A stretch of 64,000 nucleotides of DNA from an uncultured Candidatus Bathyarchaeia archaeon. Its GTDB lineage: Archaea; Thermoproteota; Bathyarchaeia; Bathyarchaeales; Bathyarchaeaceae. Shown piece by piece: positions 19,205 to 28,734 of the stretch. Positions within the stretch are counted from its first letter, which is position 1. Each line of letters starts with the position of its first letter. The stretch is from positions 97,035 through 161,034 of the forward strand of contig CAZKWF010000001.1 in assembly GCA_964556565.1 (NCBI GenBank), in the 5' to 3' direction. Below the pieces are notes generated by a model that saw only the letters and a program-made list of their open reading frames with translations, searched no databases and was not told where the DNA came from. The translations under genes were made by a program, and so were the position numbers.

Positions 19205-19687
19205 ATGAAAGAAAAGTTGCTGGAAGAAGAGATTGGAGATTTGTTACGCAAGCATAAACTGAAGATTGGGGTCGCAGAATCAGCTACAGGAGGACTAATA
19301 TCACATAAAATAACAAATATTCCGGGCAGCTCTGAATATTTTGAAGGATCTATAATTTCTTACAGTAACAAAGTAAAAACGAATCTTTTAGCCGTCAAGG
19401 AAAGTACCCTCAGAAATTATGGGGCGGTGAGCTCTGAAACTAGTAAAGAAATGGCTCAGAGAGTCAGAAGAGAAATGGACACTGATATAGGCTTGGCGTC
19501 TACAGGCATTGCTGGACCTAGCGGTGGCACTTCAGAAAAACCTGTTGGTCTGGTCTATATCGGATTGGCAACCAAAGATGTTCTTATATCTAGAAAATAT
19601 ATTTTTCATGGAAATCGGGATGAAAATAAAAAGACTTTCTCACATGCAGCTTTAAACACACTGAAGAAATATCTATCGGAATTATGA
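19205..19687 (+). CDS. CinA C-terminal domain protein (nicotinamide-nucleotide amidase, PncC-like)
   Basis: GVAESATGGLISHKITNIPGSSEYFEGSIISYSN and GIAGPSGG match the CinA_C/PncC family. Confidence 0.8.
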   Translation: MKEKLLEEEIGDLLRKHKLKIGVAESATGGLISHKITNIPGSSEYFEGSIISYSNKVKTNLLAVKESTLRNYGAVSSETSKEMAQRVRREMDTDIGLASTGIAGPSGGTSEKPVGLVYIGLATKDVLISRKYIFHGNRDENKKTFSHAALNTLKKYLSEL

Positions 19688-19715
19688 TAAGTTATTTGAA
19701 AAGTGGCGAAGAATC

Positions 19716-20216
19716 GTGAAGGGCCTATTCGTGGGGAGGTTTCAACCTTTTCATCTGGGGCATTTAAAAGCCATAAAATGGATCTTAGAAAGATGCGAAA
19801 ACATAACTGTCGTAATAGGAAGTTCACAGGAATCCTTCACCAAGAAAAACCCATTTACATTTGAAGAAAGAAAAGAGATGATCAAAAGATCGTTAGAAAA
19901 AGAAAGTGTTAAAGAAGAACAATATGAAATAATCGGGATTCCTGACGTTTTTAATTGTGAACGTTGGGTTAAAAGCATTTTAAGCAAAGCAAAATTTGAC
20001 GTTGTTTTCACAAAAAGCCTCTGGGTAAAACAATGTTTTGACCTTTTTGAAATCACTGTGAAAGAACATCCCATGTTTGGACGTTATTCCGCTAGAAAAA
20101 TTAGGAGAATGATGAAAGAAGATGAAGATTGGGAAGAACTTGTTCCGAGGACAGTAAGTAAATCCGTCAAGGAAATTCGCGGCATAGAAAGGCTGCGGGA
20201 CGGTAAAAACAGATAA
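19716..20216 (+). CDS. nadM: nicotinamide-nucleotide adenylyltransferase (archaeal NMNAT)
   Basis: GLFVGRFQPFHLGHL carries the (H/T)xGH nucleotidyltransferase motif. The length is ~166 aa and the start is GTG. Confidence 0.8.
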   Translation: MKGLFVGRFQPFHLGHLKAIKWILERCENITVVIGSSQESFTKKNPFTFEERKEMIKRSLEKESVKEEQYEIIGIPDVFNCERWVKSILSKAKFDVVFTKSLWVKQCFDLFEITVKEHPMFGRYSARKIRRMMKEDEDWEELVPRTVSKSVKEIRGIERLRDGKNR

Positions 20217-20372
20217 ATTTTCATCGATAAACGCTTGAAGTTTCTATAACTTTTTAACGAGTTCAAATCTTGTGCTTTGATGAAGCTTTCAATATCTTTG
20301 TCAACTTGAGTTCCCTATTTTTGAAAGAAACATTTATATTACTCTATCTCTATTTGATGTTTCTCTAATAGA

Positions 20373-20390
20373 AATCGATAAAAATCGATT
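20373..20390. promoter_or_regulatory. inverted repeat AATCGAT-aaaa-ATCGATT, candidate operator of the ArsR-family gene
   Basis: Two ATCGAT palindromes sit 10 bp centre-to-centre. They lie between a TATA-like TTTATATT (20333-20340) and the ATG at 20405. Confidence 0.3.
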
Positions 20391-20404
20391 AGAAAGAGGC
20401 AAAA

Positions 20405-20965
20405 ATGAAAATGTCGGAAGAATTGAAAGATGAAATGAAAAAACTCAAGGAAGAACTAGCTAATATGAAGGAACAACTAAGTGAAATGTCGGATAGACTG
20501 CGAAGGAAGCCTCGAGGTTTCCACATAGACATGGGGGGAAAAATACACGACTACGTTGGGGACATTATGGAAGGAGTGGCAGAAGGAATCAGCGGCGAAC
20601 TTGAAAGATCAGTGTTCATCGGCCCACACGGCGTAAGAGTGTCTAGAGGAAGACGCGAAGAAGATATAGTCAAAACTGACCCGGCAAAAGCAGCTTCTGC
20701 AATGAGCGCCCTCGGAAACGAGCATAGGCTGAGAGTTCTCGGGGAACTTGTGTACGGTGGACGATACATTAGCGAACTGCAAGACAAGCTTTCTGAAATC
20801 ACCGCTAGCACGCTTTCCAGTCACCTCGACGTCCTTGAAAAGGCTGGTCTTGTAGCTCAAGAGAAGGTTAGGGGAAGATATCTAATCACCATACCCGGAA
20901 GAATGGCGTACAAGATGGCGAAAAAAATCGCCAGACTCATCGAGAAGGAACTGGAACCAGAATGA
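20405..20965 (+). CDS. ArsR-family wHTH regulator with ~100-aa N-terminal coiled-coil extension
   Basis: The C-terminal LGNEHRLRVLGELVYGGRYISELQDKLSEITASTLSSHLDVLEKAGLV is an ArsR/SmtB-type HTH. The N-terminus (EELKDEMKKLKEELANMKEQLSEMSDRL) is coiled-coil-like. Confidence 0.75.
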   Translation: MKMSEELKDEMKKLKEELANMKEQLSEMSDRLRRKPRGFHIDMGGKIHDYVGDIMEGVAEGISGELERSVFIGPHGVRVSRGRREEDIVKTDPAKAASAMSALGNEHRLRVLGELVYGGRYISELQDKLSEITASTLSSHLDVLEKAGLVAQEKVRGRYLITIPGRMAYKMAKKIARLIEKELEPE

Positions 20966-21582
20966 GATATCTAAATCATAAACTTAGTAATGAACCTCTG
21001 AAGATTGTCGAAGACACAACACTGTTGAAAAACGAAAGATGCGTTGTGGATGCCCTAGAAGGCTCCTTAGCTCTCCCTATACTAATTGACGAAAAGGTTC
21101 AAGGATACGTTTTCCACGGGACAGGTAAACTCGTGGTAGACTCGATTATTGAGACAACGAAAGGAGCCGTCGGAAAACCTACTGTCAAAGACTTGAAACA
21201 CCCATTTATGATGCTTGGAGGGGCTGAAGAAATCAAAGATAATTTAGGTGACGCTGAAACCTCTGATCTACAGAATGCAGGTTACGAAAGCGTAGACGCC
21301 TTTATAGAGCATGCAGAAGAACTCTGTGGACGTATGTTGAAAGGAAAACACTGCCACGTAGACTTCGATGGAAAAGGCTCTCGATTGTTCGCATTTCTGA
21401 ATGAAGAAGGCAAAATAGATATTTTGGTCTCAAAAAACGACAAGTTGGTGTACAAGTCGGAAAGGAAGGTCTATCTATCAAAAGGAAGCAAAAGCGTTTT
21501 GAAACGTCCCCAAGAGATCATAGTGTCGAGAAAAGGAAAAACAGTGGTTATCGCCAACAACGACATCTTGATTGAGAAATAG
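20962..21582 (+). CDS. hypothetical protein, translationally coupled to the ArsR-family gene
   Basis: ATGA start/stop overlap. The 206-aa soluble product has no motif I recognise. Confidence 0.55.
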   Translation: MRYLNHKLSNEPLKIVEDTTLLKNERCVVDALEGSLALPILIDEKVQGYVFHGTGKLVVDSIIETTKGAVGKPTVKDLKHPFMMLGGAEEIKDNLGDAETSDLQNAGYESVDAFIEHAEELCGRMLKGKHCHVDFDGKGSRLFAFLNEEGKIDILVSKNDKLVYKSERKVYLSKGSKSVLKRPQEIIVSRKGKTVVIANNDILIEK

Positions 21583-21636
21583 CTCTAATACAAAAAATTG
21601 AAAGTCAACCAAGCCTGAGAGTCTTGTCTTTTGAAA

Positions 21637-22455
21637 CTAGCGAGCAGACGAGAAAAGAGACACACAAATAGGATCCCCTATTTTCACCTTGAGCGCTTCA
21701 GAGGCGTTCCCCTGATTTACAGAGACTTCCAGAAAGCCGCTACTTCCAATGAGCACCAACGGCGTTTTGACTGGAACCTCTCCATAGGCTGAGCAAAACT
21801 TCAACTTCAACACTCTTTTTCTAAACTTCACGTAAAGCAGACAGCCCTCTTTCATACCAACCTTTGTAAGGTCCTTTGTTGAGATGTTACTGACGACATT
21901 GCCGAAATCATCTATGTAAAGAACCTCTCCGAGCAAACCGCCTTTTACCATTCGAGGTTTCGCAAATTCAGGAATCAAATAGTCATGGATTTCTGAACCA
22001 AACTCAGAGGGGGTGCATCCTTTAGCGAGGTGTGCAGCTGCTGAAGCGAAAATGTCTCTACCATGAAAAGTTCTTGAAATCGTTGGAAGCATGTAGTGCG
22101 GGTTGCTAATGTTATAAACATGGTGTATTCCTTCCCTTTGAGCAGAAAGCATGAGGAGACCGTTATCGGGACCCACGTAGAAATAACGTTTAGTTTCAAC
22201 GATGAGAGGACGCCGCTTGGTTCCAACTCCAGGATCTACAACAGCCACGTGAACAGTGCCCACTGGAAAATACGGCGCCGCAGAAGCGAGCACAAAGGCG
22301 CCCATGTGTATGTTGAACTTTTCAATCTGATGGCTTATGTCTATGATGCGTGCCTCGGGACAGATGGAAAGCATCACTGCCTTCATTTCTGCTACGTATG
22401 GGTCTTTTACACCAAAATCGGAGAGCAAAGTTATAAGCGGTATAGTTAACCTCAT
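21637..22455 (-). CDS. S-adenosyl-L-methionine hydroxide adenosyltransferase family (DUF62, fluorinase/chlorinase-like)
   Basis: ITLLSDFGVKDPYVAEMKAVM and VAVVDPGVGT are family hallmarks. The track ORF extends to 22488, but the Met at 22455 fits the family N-terminus better. Confidence 0.8.
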   Translation of the reverse strand: MRLTIPLITLLSDFGVKDPYVAEMKAVMLSICPEARIIDISHQIEKFNIHMGAFVLASAAPYFPVGTVHVAVVDPGVGTKRRPLIVETKRYFYVGPDNGLLMLSAQREGIHHVYNISNPHYMLPTISRTFHGRDIFASAAAHLAKGCTPSEFGSEIHDYLIPEFAKPRMVKGGLLGEVLYIDDFGNVVSNISTKDLTKVGMKEGCLLYVKFRKRVLKLKFCSAYGEVPVKTPLVLIGSSGFLEVSVNQGNASEALKVKIGDPICVSLFSSAR

Positions 22456-23000
22456 AGTCTTCGTATTTCTTTCCCTTTTTGAGTTCATAATACTTTCGAA
22501 CTATGCCTTTTACTTCTTTCATTAGGTTGTGACGTATCCCACATCTCACCTAATCACGCTTTCAGATGTAGCCCTAGAAGCAATCAGGTATAGAAGATTC
22601 CTCCATAAACTTGAAATTCTAGAAATGAGAAAAGAGACTCAGGGAATGCGTGTTAGGCTTTAAAAATAAGCCCTGAAAGAGAAAGGAGAGATTTTTCTAT
22701 ACACGCACCCCTTCATCGGGAACAGAGTGTGCATCATAATTTCTATATATATTTTTTGCAAATATCTTACAGTCATATATCTTAGGGTAATATATGGACA
22801 ATCTGGTAGAGAACAATTAGAGATTCATTTCAACTATACTCATGTAAGAACTTGACATTTTCATCCATGAGCGCTTAGAAGATGTGAAACTCGACAGATG
22901 GGTAGTTATTTTTTGTATCATTGCTCTGAATCGCAGAATTACTCCACAGCAATTTTCTAGTATCCTTTATCTCTCTGAAATCTCATCATTAAACTGAAGA

Positions 23001-23783
23001 GTGTTGTTGCATCAAGACGAACAAATTCCTCTAGAGCAACTCAATGAGGAGAAATACGCTCGAGTCTTGTGTTATCCAAAATATGATTCAAAGGAATTAA
23101 CAAAACGTCTTGAGGAGCTAAAGAGGCTCGGCATTAAGACACTAGAGTTCTCTGGAGGAAAAACAGCTTTCAACGTACCAGTTTTAGGTAAGGGCTGCGT
23201 AGGCATAGTAGTTGCTGCGCACACACACAGAGGAAAGGCTGCATTGAAAATCCGCAGGGTAGACGCAGATAGAGCTGGGATGCAACACGAAGCGGAGATG
23301 TTGAGAAAAGCAAACGCTGTCAGGGTAGGTCCGAATCTGCTCGATGTAACAGAAAACTTCCTTCTAATGGAGTTTATTGAAGGAACATTGTTTCCAAAGT
23401 GGGTTGAAACGTCTAGTGGAAAGGGAACGAGGGCCAGGACTCAGCTGGTCTTGCGAAACGTCTTAGAGCAGTCCTGGAGACTGGACGAAGAAGGCTTAGA
23501 CCATGGAGAGTTGAGCACAGCTCCAAAACATATTCTAGTACGAATGAATGACGAACCTTGCATAGTAGATTTCGAAACCGCCAGTGTCAACCGAAGAGTT
23601 TCCAACGTAACCTCAATCTGTCAATATCTCTTCTTGGGGAGCCATGTCGCAAAGATGATAAAGAGGAAACTCGGTAAAATCGATAAAGCACAACTAATAG
23701 AGACCTTGAGAAACTATAAGCAAGGGCGTACACTGGAAAACTTCGAAAATATCTTGAACGCATGCAAACTCCGTAAGGTTTAG
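23001..23783 (+). CDS. RIO/Bud32-like predicted Ser/Thr protein kinase (COG2112-like)
   Basis: LGKGCVGIVVAAH...AALKIRR (Gly-loop plus catalytic Lys), LLMEFIEG hinge, HGELS..KHILV and IVDFETAS. Confidence 0.65.
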   Translation: MLLHQDEQIPLEQLNEEKYARVLCYPKYDSKELTKRLEELKRLGIKTLEFSGGKTAFNVPVLGKGCVGIVVAAHTHRGKAALKIRRVDADRAGMQHEAEMLRKANAVRVGPNLLDVTENFLLMEFIEGTLFPKWVETSSGKGTRARTQLVLRNVLEQSWRLDEEGLDHGELSTAPKHILVRMNDEPCIVDFETASVNRRVSNVTSICQYLFLGSHVAKMIKRKLGKIDKAQLIETLRNYKQGRTLENFENILNACKLRKV

Positions 23784-23818
23784 AAAGGCAACTAACAAAA
23801 AGTTGATGTGCAGAATTT

Positions 23819-23897
23819 GGGGTCGTGGTCCAGTTTGGTCTAAGATTCGCGCTTGGGGTGTGCGAGATCCGGGGTTCAAATCCCCGCGACCCCACCA
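23819..23897 (+). tRNA. tRNA-Pro (anticodon GGG), CCA encoded
   Basis: Hand-folded cloverleaf. Acceptor GGGGTCG/CGACCCC, anticodon stem CGCGC/GTGCG with loop TTGGGGT, T-arm CGGGG-TTCAAAT-CCCCG, discriminator A, then CCA. Confidence 0.85.
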
Positions 23898-23924
23898 AAG
23901 AAAAAACATCAGAGGCTTTTACTT

Positions 23925-25343
23925 TCACATGAGCCATCTGGGTTTTCCTTTCAGATATTCTATTAGAAACTTCGCAAATTCGGGACTAGATGAATACAGC
24001 CTCACGACTCCTTCATTCACCAAAACTTCGAGACTGCTTGGAATAGTTTGAGAAATTAGGTATGCTACGCCAACATGTCTTCCGCCTTCCTTTAATTTCT
24101 CGGTGAACAGTTTCACCACATCTGTGTATTTTCGTTTTATTTCTACCATCCAGCGACCCGCTTCTACGTATGGCCCCGAGATCGTGTGCGACACTCCAAC
24201 GTGTTTTTGCAAAAAGCTCTTACACTCTGCTCTTTTCCTGATAGGAGGCCCTAAATGTTTCTTCATAAATGGGAGGAAACGCTGTTCTACCTCGAAGACA
24301 AATAAGTTAAGGTTTTCTTCATCGCTCCAAGCAACATCACGAACGACATTAAAATCGTATTGTTGAAGCATTTTACGCAGTGACCGTTGAGACTTGTAGA
24401 GTTGACCCCACAGAACGTCTGAGACTGCTTTCACCGCTCCGAATTTCACAAAAACGATGGTTGATCCCCGAGTTTTTATAGCGCTGATCAATCCTTTAGC
24501 ATCTAAGGTTTTAACATCTTTTGGATAAAAGAATTCCAGGCTGGGACTTTGAAGAAACGCCCTTGCCGCAACAACAAGCTCATCCAACCGTTTCTTTCTC
24601 ACCGCTGCCGCCACGTTTCTTCCCTTATCAGCAGGATCCACCAAAACAAGCGGTCCTTCAAAAATTCTTCCCGCCTCTTTTTCTCTTCCCTTATAATACC
24701 CTTCATAATCGATGATTCCTTTTTCCTTCCAGTCTGCTACCGCCTTCAAAACTTCTACAAACGATCCGTAGTTAAGAATGAGAAGTTCGCAAAGGTATCC
24801 GCTGAACCCACCGATCTTTATTTCAGCGCCGTAAACGCCAATGCCCTTCATGAATTTCTTTAAGAGCCTAACCTCTCCGCGTATAGTTTCATCTAAAAGG
24901 GGTTTCATATAATCGGTGTGAAACGGAGTTCTATCAGTGGCGCTGACCCACCTGCCCCGCTTGACTTGATAACACGGGACGATGTTCACTCGCACCTCGT
25001 CGACTATAGACTCAAGATAAGGATGCTCGGCGAATCTTTCAATCTGCTTGGAACCCTCGGTGGCTTTTCTAGCGATTTCTAGGCAAGTGGTTCCAAACGA
25101 TTCGCGTGGCAAGGTGGTTGACACACGCATGAAAATGTCTATGTCCGGCTCTTCGCTCAGCCAAGTGTCTTTTGCAACTGAGCCTTCCACCCTCACCTTA
25201 GCATCTATCCCAGCTTCCTTAGCCGCAGCTGTTACTTTGTTTACCAGTCTGTCGGCTAACTCGAGAATACGTTTTCTTTTTTCGCTGCTGGGGGTGACTT
25301 TTTTCAGAACATCTGCGCATACTTCTTTAAGAGTTGAGCTCAA
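23925..25343 (-). CDS. cca: CCA-adding tRNA nucleotidyltransferase (archaeal class I)
   Basis: The N-terminus VLKKVTPSSEKRKRILELADRLVNKV...GSVAKDTWLSEEPDIDIF is the class I archaeal CCA-adding enzyme signature. Length is 472 aa. Confidence 0.9.
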   Translation of the reverse strand: MSSTLKEVCADVLKKVTPSSEKRKRILELADRLVNKVTAAAKEAGIDAKVRVEGSVAKDTWLSEEPDIDIFMRVSTTLPRESFGTTCLEIARKATEGSKQIERFAEHPYLESIVDEVRVNIVPCYQVKRGRWVSATDRTPFHTDYMKPLLDETIRGEVRLLKKFMKGIGVYGAEIKIGGFSGYLCELLILNYGSFVEVLKAVADWKEKGIIDYEGYYKGREKEAGRIFEGPLVLVDPADKGRNVAAAVRKKRLDELVVAARAFLQSPSLEFFYPKDVKTLDAKGLISAIKTRGSTIVFVKFGAVKAVSDVLWGQLYKSQRSLRKMLQQYDFNVVRDVAWSDEENLNLFVFEVEQRFLPFMKKHLGPPIRKRAECKSFLQKHVGVSHTISGPYVEAGRWMVEIKRKYTDVVKLFTEKLKEGGRHVGVAYLISQTIPSSLEVLVNEGVVRLYSSSPEFAKFLIEYLKGKPRWLM

Positions 25344-25376
25344 ATGATGTCACCTGATGAAACCGTTTTCTATGCT

Positions 25377-25940
25377 TCAATGGCAAACTTCTCTTAAGGT
25401 CGAGTAGATCGGCCCTTTTGGCGTCAAAACGCTCTTTTTCAGCTTCAAGCAGTTAGCCTTAACAACGCCGAACTCGTAGTCTGCCAGCTCTTCGATGCAT
25501 TGGGCGAGTTCAGCTTTGTTTCGTCCTGTTTTTACGCGGGCAATTGTGAGATGTGGATTGAATCCTTTCGGGTCTGGTCTAAAGCCTAGTTTCTGGAGGC
25601 GTGGTTCCAGTTGACTGGAGATATTTGTAAGTTCGTCTGCGCCTTTTCGGATTCCAGCCCAAACAACCCGTGTGTATTTCAAACTGGGAAACGCTCCTAG
25701 GCCTCTGATTTCCACGTTAAACGGAGTAAACGAAACATTGTTCATTTCTTCATGAATCGAGTCAATCATGCTGAGGGATATGTTTCCGAGGAATCGCATG
25801 GTTATATGTATGTTTCGTGGTTGAACAAGCTTCAAACTTGCGCCCGTATTAACGAGGATGCCTTGGGCTTCTGAAAACTTTCTCAGCAACGACCCACTGT
25901 CAATGTCAAATGCGATGAAACTTCGAATTTTCTCTGACAT
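25377..25940 (-). CDS. thpR: RNA 2',3'-cyclic phosphodiesterase (2H family, ThpR/LigT)
   Basis: Two H-x-T-x motifs (HITMRF and HLTIAR). Length is ~187 aa. Confidence 0.85.
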   Translation of the reverse strand: MSEKIRSFIAFDIDSGSLLRKFSEAQGILVNTGASLKLVQPRNIHITMRFLGNISLSMIDSIHEEMNNVSFTPFNVEIRGLGAFPSLKYTRVVWAGIRKGADELTNISSQLEPRLQKLGFRPDPKGFNPHLTIARVKTGRNKAELAQCIEELADYEFGVVKANCLKLKKSVLTPKGPIYSTLREVCH

Positions 25941-26046
25941 GGCAACTCATTCCTGCCAATTCTCGTAAATCTATTAATTCTGTTGCGTTTAAAGGTTTTA
26001 AGTCGAGCATGTGGATACATTTACAACGTGCGAGTATGATGTGGTG

Positions 26047-26610
26047 ATGAAGGAAAAAGCCGTTGTAGGCGTAGCTGGCATGCCCGGCTCTGGGAAGGCA
26101 ACAGTCAAGGAGATTGCTCAAGAAATGGGCTATTCAATTGTTGTGATGGGAGGCGAGATACGTGAAGAGGCTAAGCGAAGGAAACTGAAGCCCACGCCGG
26201 AAAACCTCGGCCAACTCATGCTTAAGCTCAGGAAAGAGGAGGGTCAAGCTGTAGTAGCCAGACGATGTGCTCCAAAAATCGAAAGCGCAGAAGAAAAAGT
26301 TGTTATCGTTGATGGAATTCGAAGCTTACATGAGGTAAACGAGTTCAAGAAACGCTTTCCAAACTTCTTTCTCATTGCCATTCATGCATCGCCTGAAACA
26401 AGGTTCCAACGTCTCTTCCAAAGGAAGCGAAGCGACGATCCAAAGAGTTGGGAGACCTTTATAGAACGCGATTTAAGGGAGCTCAGTGTCGGTCTAGGAG
26501 ATGTCATAGCCACAGCGGATTACATGCTGATAAACGAGGGGACGAGGGTGCAATTTAAGGGAAGAGTACTCAAAGTTTTGGAGAGTGTGGTAGAGAAGTG
26601 GATGAGATAG
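26047..26610 (+). CDS. UPF0200 P-loop kinase-like protein (dephospho-CoA kinase/NMP kinase-like)
   Basis: VVGVAGMPGSGKATVKEIAQEMGY...MGGEIREEAKRRKLKPTPENLG is typical of archaeal UPF0200. The track ORF starts at the GTG at 26011, and the ATG is at 26047. Confidence 0.7.
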   Translation: MKEKAVVGVAGMPGSGKATVKEIAQEMGYSIVVMGGEIREEAKRRKLKPTPENLGQLMLKLRKEEGQAVVARRCAPKIESAEEKVVIVDGIRSLHEVNEFKKRFPNFFLIAIHASPETRFQRLFQRKRSDDPKSWETFIERDLRELSVGLGDVIATADYMLINEGTRVQFKGRVLKVLESVVEKWMR

Positions 26611-27014
26611 ACGTTCACGTTGAGGTTAAAGTCAATCCCACTGAGGATTTGGAAAAAGTGAAGAAGGCGGTGGAAAACATCTTCGGAAACATAGAGTTCG
26701 AGGTTACACCTGAAGAACGGGGCAACCTGCTCGTCGCAGAAGCCAAGGGTATCGATGGGCTTACAACGCTTCGTGATTTGCTTCGTCGGGAGAGGATTCG
26801 TGATGCTGCACGTCGTGTGTTTTTTGAAGGGTTAAGCAAGAAATCCGTAGTCTTCTATTTGAACAAGCAAGTTGCGTATGTGGGGCACATTTCATTCTCT
26901 GCGCCTGTGGGAGAATCACCGTTAGGACCAATCAAAGTTCAAATCCGCTGTGACAATCCACAAGAGCTCATTAAATGGTTAGCTCCAAAGACAACCAAAC
27001 GCAAACAGAAATAA
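26598..27014 (+). CDS. UPF0201/COG1931-like predicted RNA-binding protein
   Basis: VHVEVKVNPTEDLEKVKKAVENIFG matches the N-terminal signature of this archaeal family. It overlaps the upstream kinase-like gene by 13 nt. Confidence 0.65.
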   Translation: MDEIDVHVEVKVNPTEDLEKVKKAVENIFGNIEFEVTPEERGNLLVAEAKGIDGLTTLRDLLRRERIRDAARRVFFEGLSKKSVVFYLNKQVAYVGHISFSAPVGESPLGPIKVQIRCDNPQELIKWLAPKTTKRKQK

Positions 27015-27015
27015 T

Positions 27016-27813
27016 TTGCATGTGGTTGCATTGCCTAAAACAAGAATCGGTTTATCCATGCTCTTCTGCCTTGGAACCCCCTTCTCCTCTCTTATGAAAC
27101 GCCTCAACACCATTGACATATCTCACGTGGAACTTCTAGACGAGGGTTTACATACGCTTAACGGCAGACGAGTAAATGCTCTGAAGAAGATAGTTCAATC
27201 CCGTGACCTTGAGCTGTCGCTTCACTCACCATTTGCAGACATCAACATAGCTTCTCCCAGCCCGGTTTTGCGAAGGACGATTTTGAAGCGACAAGAAAAA
27301 TCCATTTCTTATGCATCTCAACTTGGTTGTCGACTATGGGTTTTTCACCCCGGCTTAAAGACGGCGGTCAGCCCCTTTTATCCCGGGTTAGAATGGCGGC
27401 TGAACTTGGATTCAGTACACACATTGTTAAGAATTGCCAAGAAACACGGTGTGGAAATAGCGATTGAGAATGTTCCTGAGCCATATCCGTTTCTAATGAA
27501 GAGCGTACAAGACTTTTCACGTTTCTTCAACGAGTTCGACGAAGACATAGGATTAGTGTTTGACATAGGGCATGCGAACATCAATCGTCAGATTCAGGAT
27601 TTCATCGCACGTTTTTCTGATAAGATCGTCCACGTACATGCAAGTGATAATGATGGAGCTGGTGATCGGCATCTTGGAATAGGATATGGAACCGTAGACT
27701 GGAGTAGTGTTGCGAAGGCGCTTGAGAAAGTCAAATACAATGGGCTTATCATCTTGGAATCGGTAGAACATGTGGGCGAAAGTCTTCAAAAACTGCAGAA
27801 ACTTTTCACCTAA
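27016..27813 (+). CDS. sugar phosphate isomerase/epimerase (xylose isomerase-like TIM barrel)
   Basis: LSLHSPF, WVFHPG, IAIEN, FDIGHAN and HVHASDN are AP-endonuclease-2/TIM-barrel metal-ligand motifs. The start is ambiguous (TTG at 27016 or ATG at 27058). Confidence 0.75.
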   Translation: MHVVALPKTRIGLSMLFCLGTPFSSLMKRLNTIDISHVELLDEGLHTLNGRRVNALKKIVQSRDLELSLHSPFADINIASPSPVLRRTILKRQEKSISYASQLGCRLWVFHPGLKTAVSPFYPGLEWRLNLDSVHTLLRIAKKHGVEIAIENVPEPYPFLMKSVQDFSRFFNEFDEDIGLVFDIGHANINRQIQDFIARFSDKIVHVHASDNDGAGDRHLGIGYGTVDWSSVAKALEKVKYNGLIILESVEHVGESLQKLQKLFT

Positions 27814-28733
27814 GCGTCTAGGAGAGGAAGGTCAATCTTCATGAAGTCTTCGGCCACATCTACGCGAGGGAACGTCTTCTTCGCTTGTTCAAGCAAGAGA
27901 TCAGCTGTCTTGTATCGTGCACTGATGTGAGTTAATACCAGCCGCTTAGCCTTCGCTTTTTTCGCAATTTCTGCTGCTTGGCTGGGGGTAGAGTGCCCGT
28001 CCTCTTCAGCTTTCTCCCATAATTCGTCATCAAACGTGGCGTCATGAATCAACAAGTCCGCGCCTTCAGCGAACTTTATGATGCTTTTTAAAATCTTGGT
28101 GTCCCCTGTATAGACGACTTTCCTTCCGGGGCGTGGAGAACCCAACACTTCTTCAGGCTTGACAATTCGTCCATTTGGAAGCTTGACTATTGAACTATGC
28201 TGTAGTTTTGACCATAAGGGCCCTTCCGGAATCCCTAAAGATTTTGCTTTCTTTGGATAGAATTTTCCCGGTCGAGATTTTTCCACAAGCGCATAGCCCA
28301 GACCTGGAATCACATGTTCCGTCCAAATCGTATCCACTTCGTATTCTTTCTCCTCACAGACCACGCCAGCGTCTTCAATTTCAGAAATTTCTATGGGAAA
28401 AGTGAGCACAAACTGAACAGTTTGCTTAATCGCTTCCACGAATGCTTTAATCCCTCGAGGTCCGTAAATCTCCAGTTTCCTTTCCCTGTCCAACAAAGAC
28501 ATGGTTTGAAGAAGCCCAGGCAAACCAAGCACGTGGTCTCCATGCATATGCGTAATGAAAACTTTCATTTTTCGATGAAAGCTCACCTTAGCCTTGATCA
28601 TCTGTCTTTGAACACCTTCGCCGCAGTCAAATAGGAGAATTCCACCTTTTCGTTGAACAACAATAGCTGGCAGGCTTCTCTTAGGCGTTGGGATGCTTCC
28701 CGCGGTTCCTAGAAAGACAACACGTAAGCTCAT
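27810..28733 (-). CDS. rnz: ribonuclease Z
   Basis: RVVFLGTAGSIPT, LLFDCGEGVQRQ and ITHMHGDHVLGLPGLL. The ATG at 28733 sits directly after the upstream gene stop. The track start at 28754 is an alternative. Confidence 0.9.
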   Translation of the reverse strand: MSLRVVFLGTAGSIPTPKRSLPAIVVQRKGGILLFDCGEGVQRQMIKAKVSFHRKMKVFITHMHGDHVLGLPGLLQTMSLLDRERKLEIYGPRGIKAFVEAIKQTVQFVLTFPIEISEIEDAGVVCEEKEYEVDTIWTEHVIPGLGYALVEKSRPGKFYPKKAKSLGIPEGPLWSKLQHSSIVKLPNGRIVKPEEVLGSPRPGRKVVYTGDTKILKSIIKFAEGADLLIHDATFDDELWEKAEEDGHSTPSQAAEIAKKAKAKRLVLTHISARYKTADLLLEQAKKTFPRVDVAEDFMKIDLPLLDA

Positions 28734-28734
28734 T

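Noticed and set aside
22550-23000. 450-bp gap examined for a C/D-box sRNA (ATGATGA on the minus strand near 22978, CTGA boxes nearby) or another ncRNA
   Set aside because: Box order and spacing do not fit the C - guide - D' - C' - guide - D layout, and there is no terminal stem. I cannot support an RNA gene by eye.
23587-24051. Three ORFs (116, 71 and 82 aa) overlapping tRNA-Pro and the 3' end of cca
   Set aside because: They overlap a well-folding tRNA and the cca coding region. No protein-like features.
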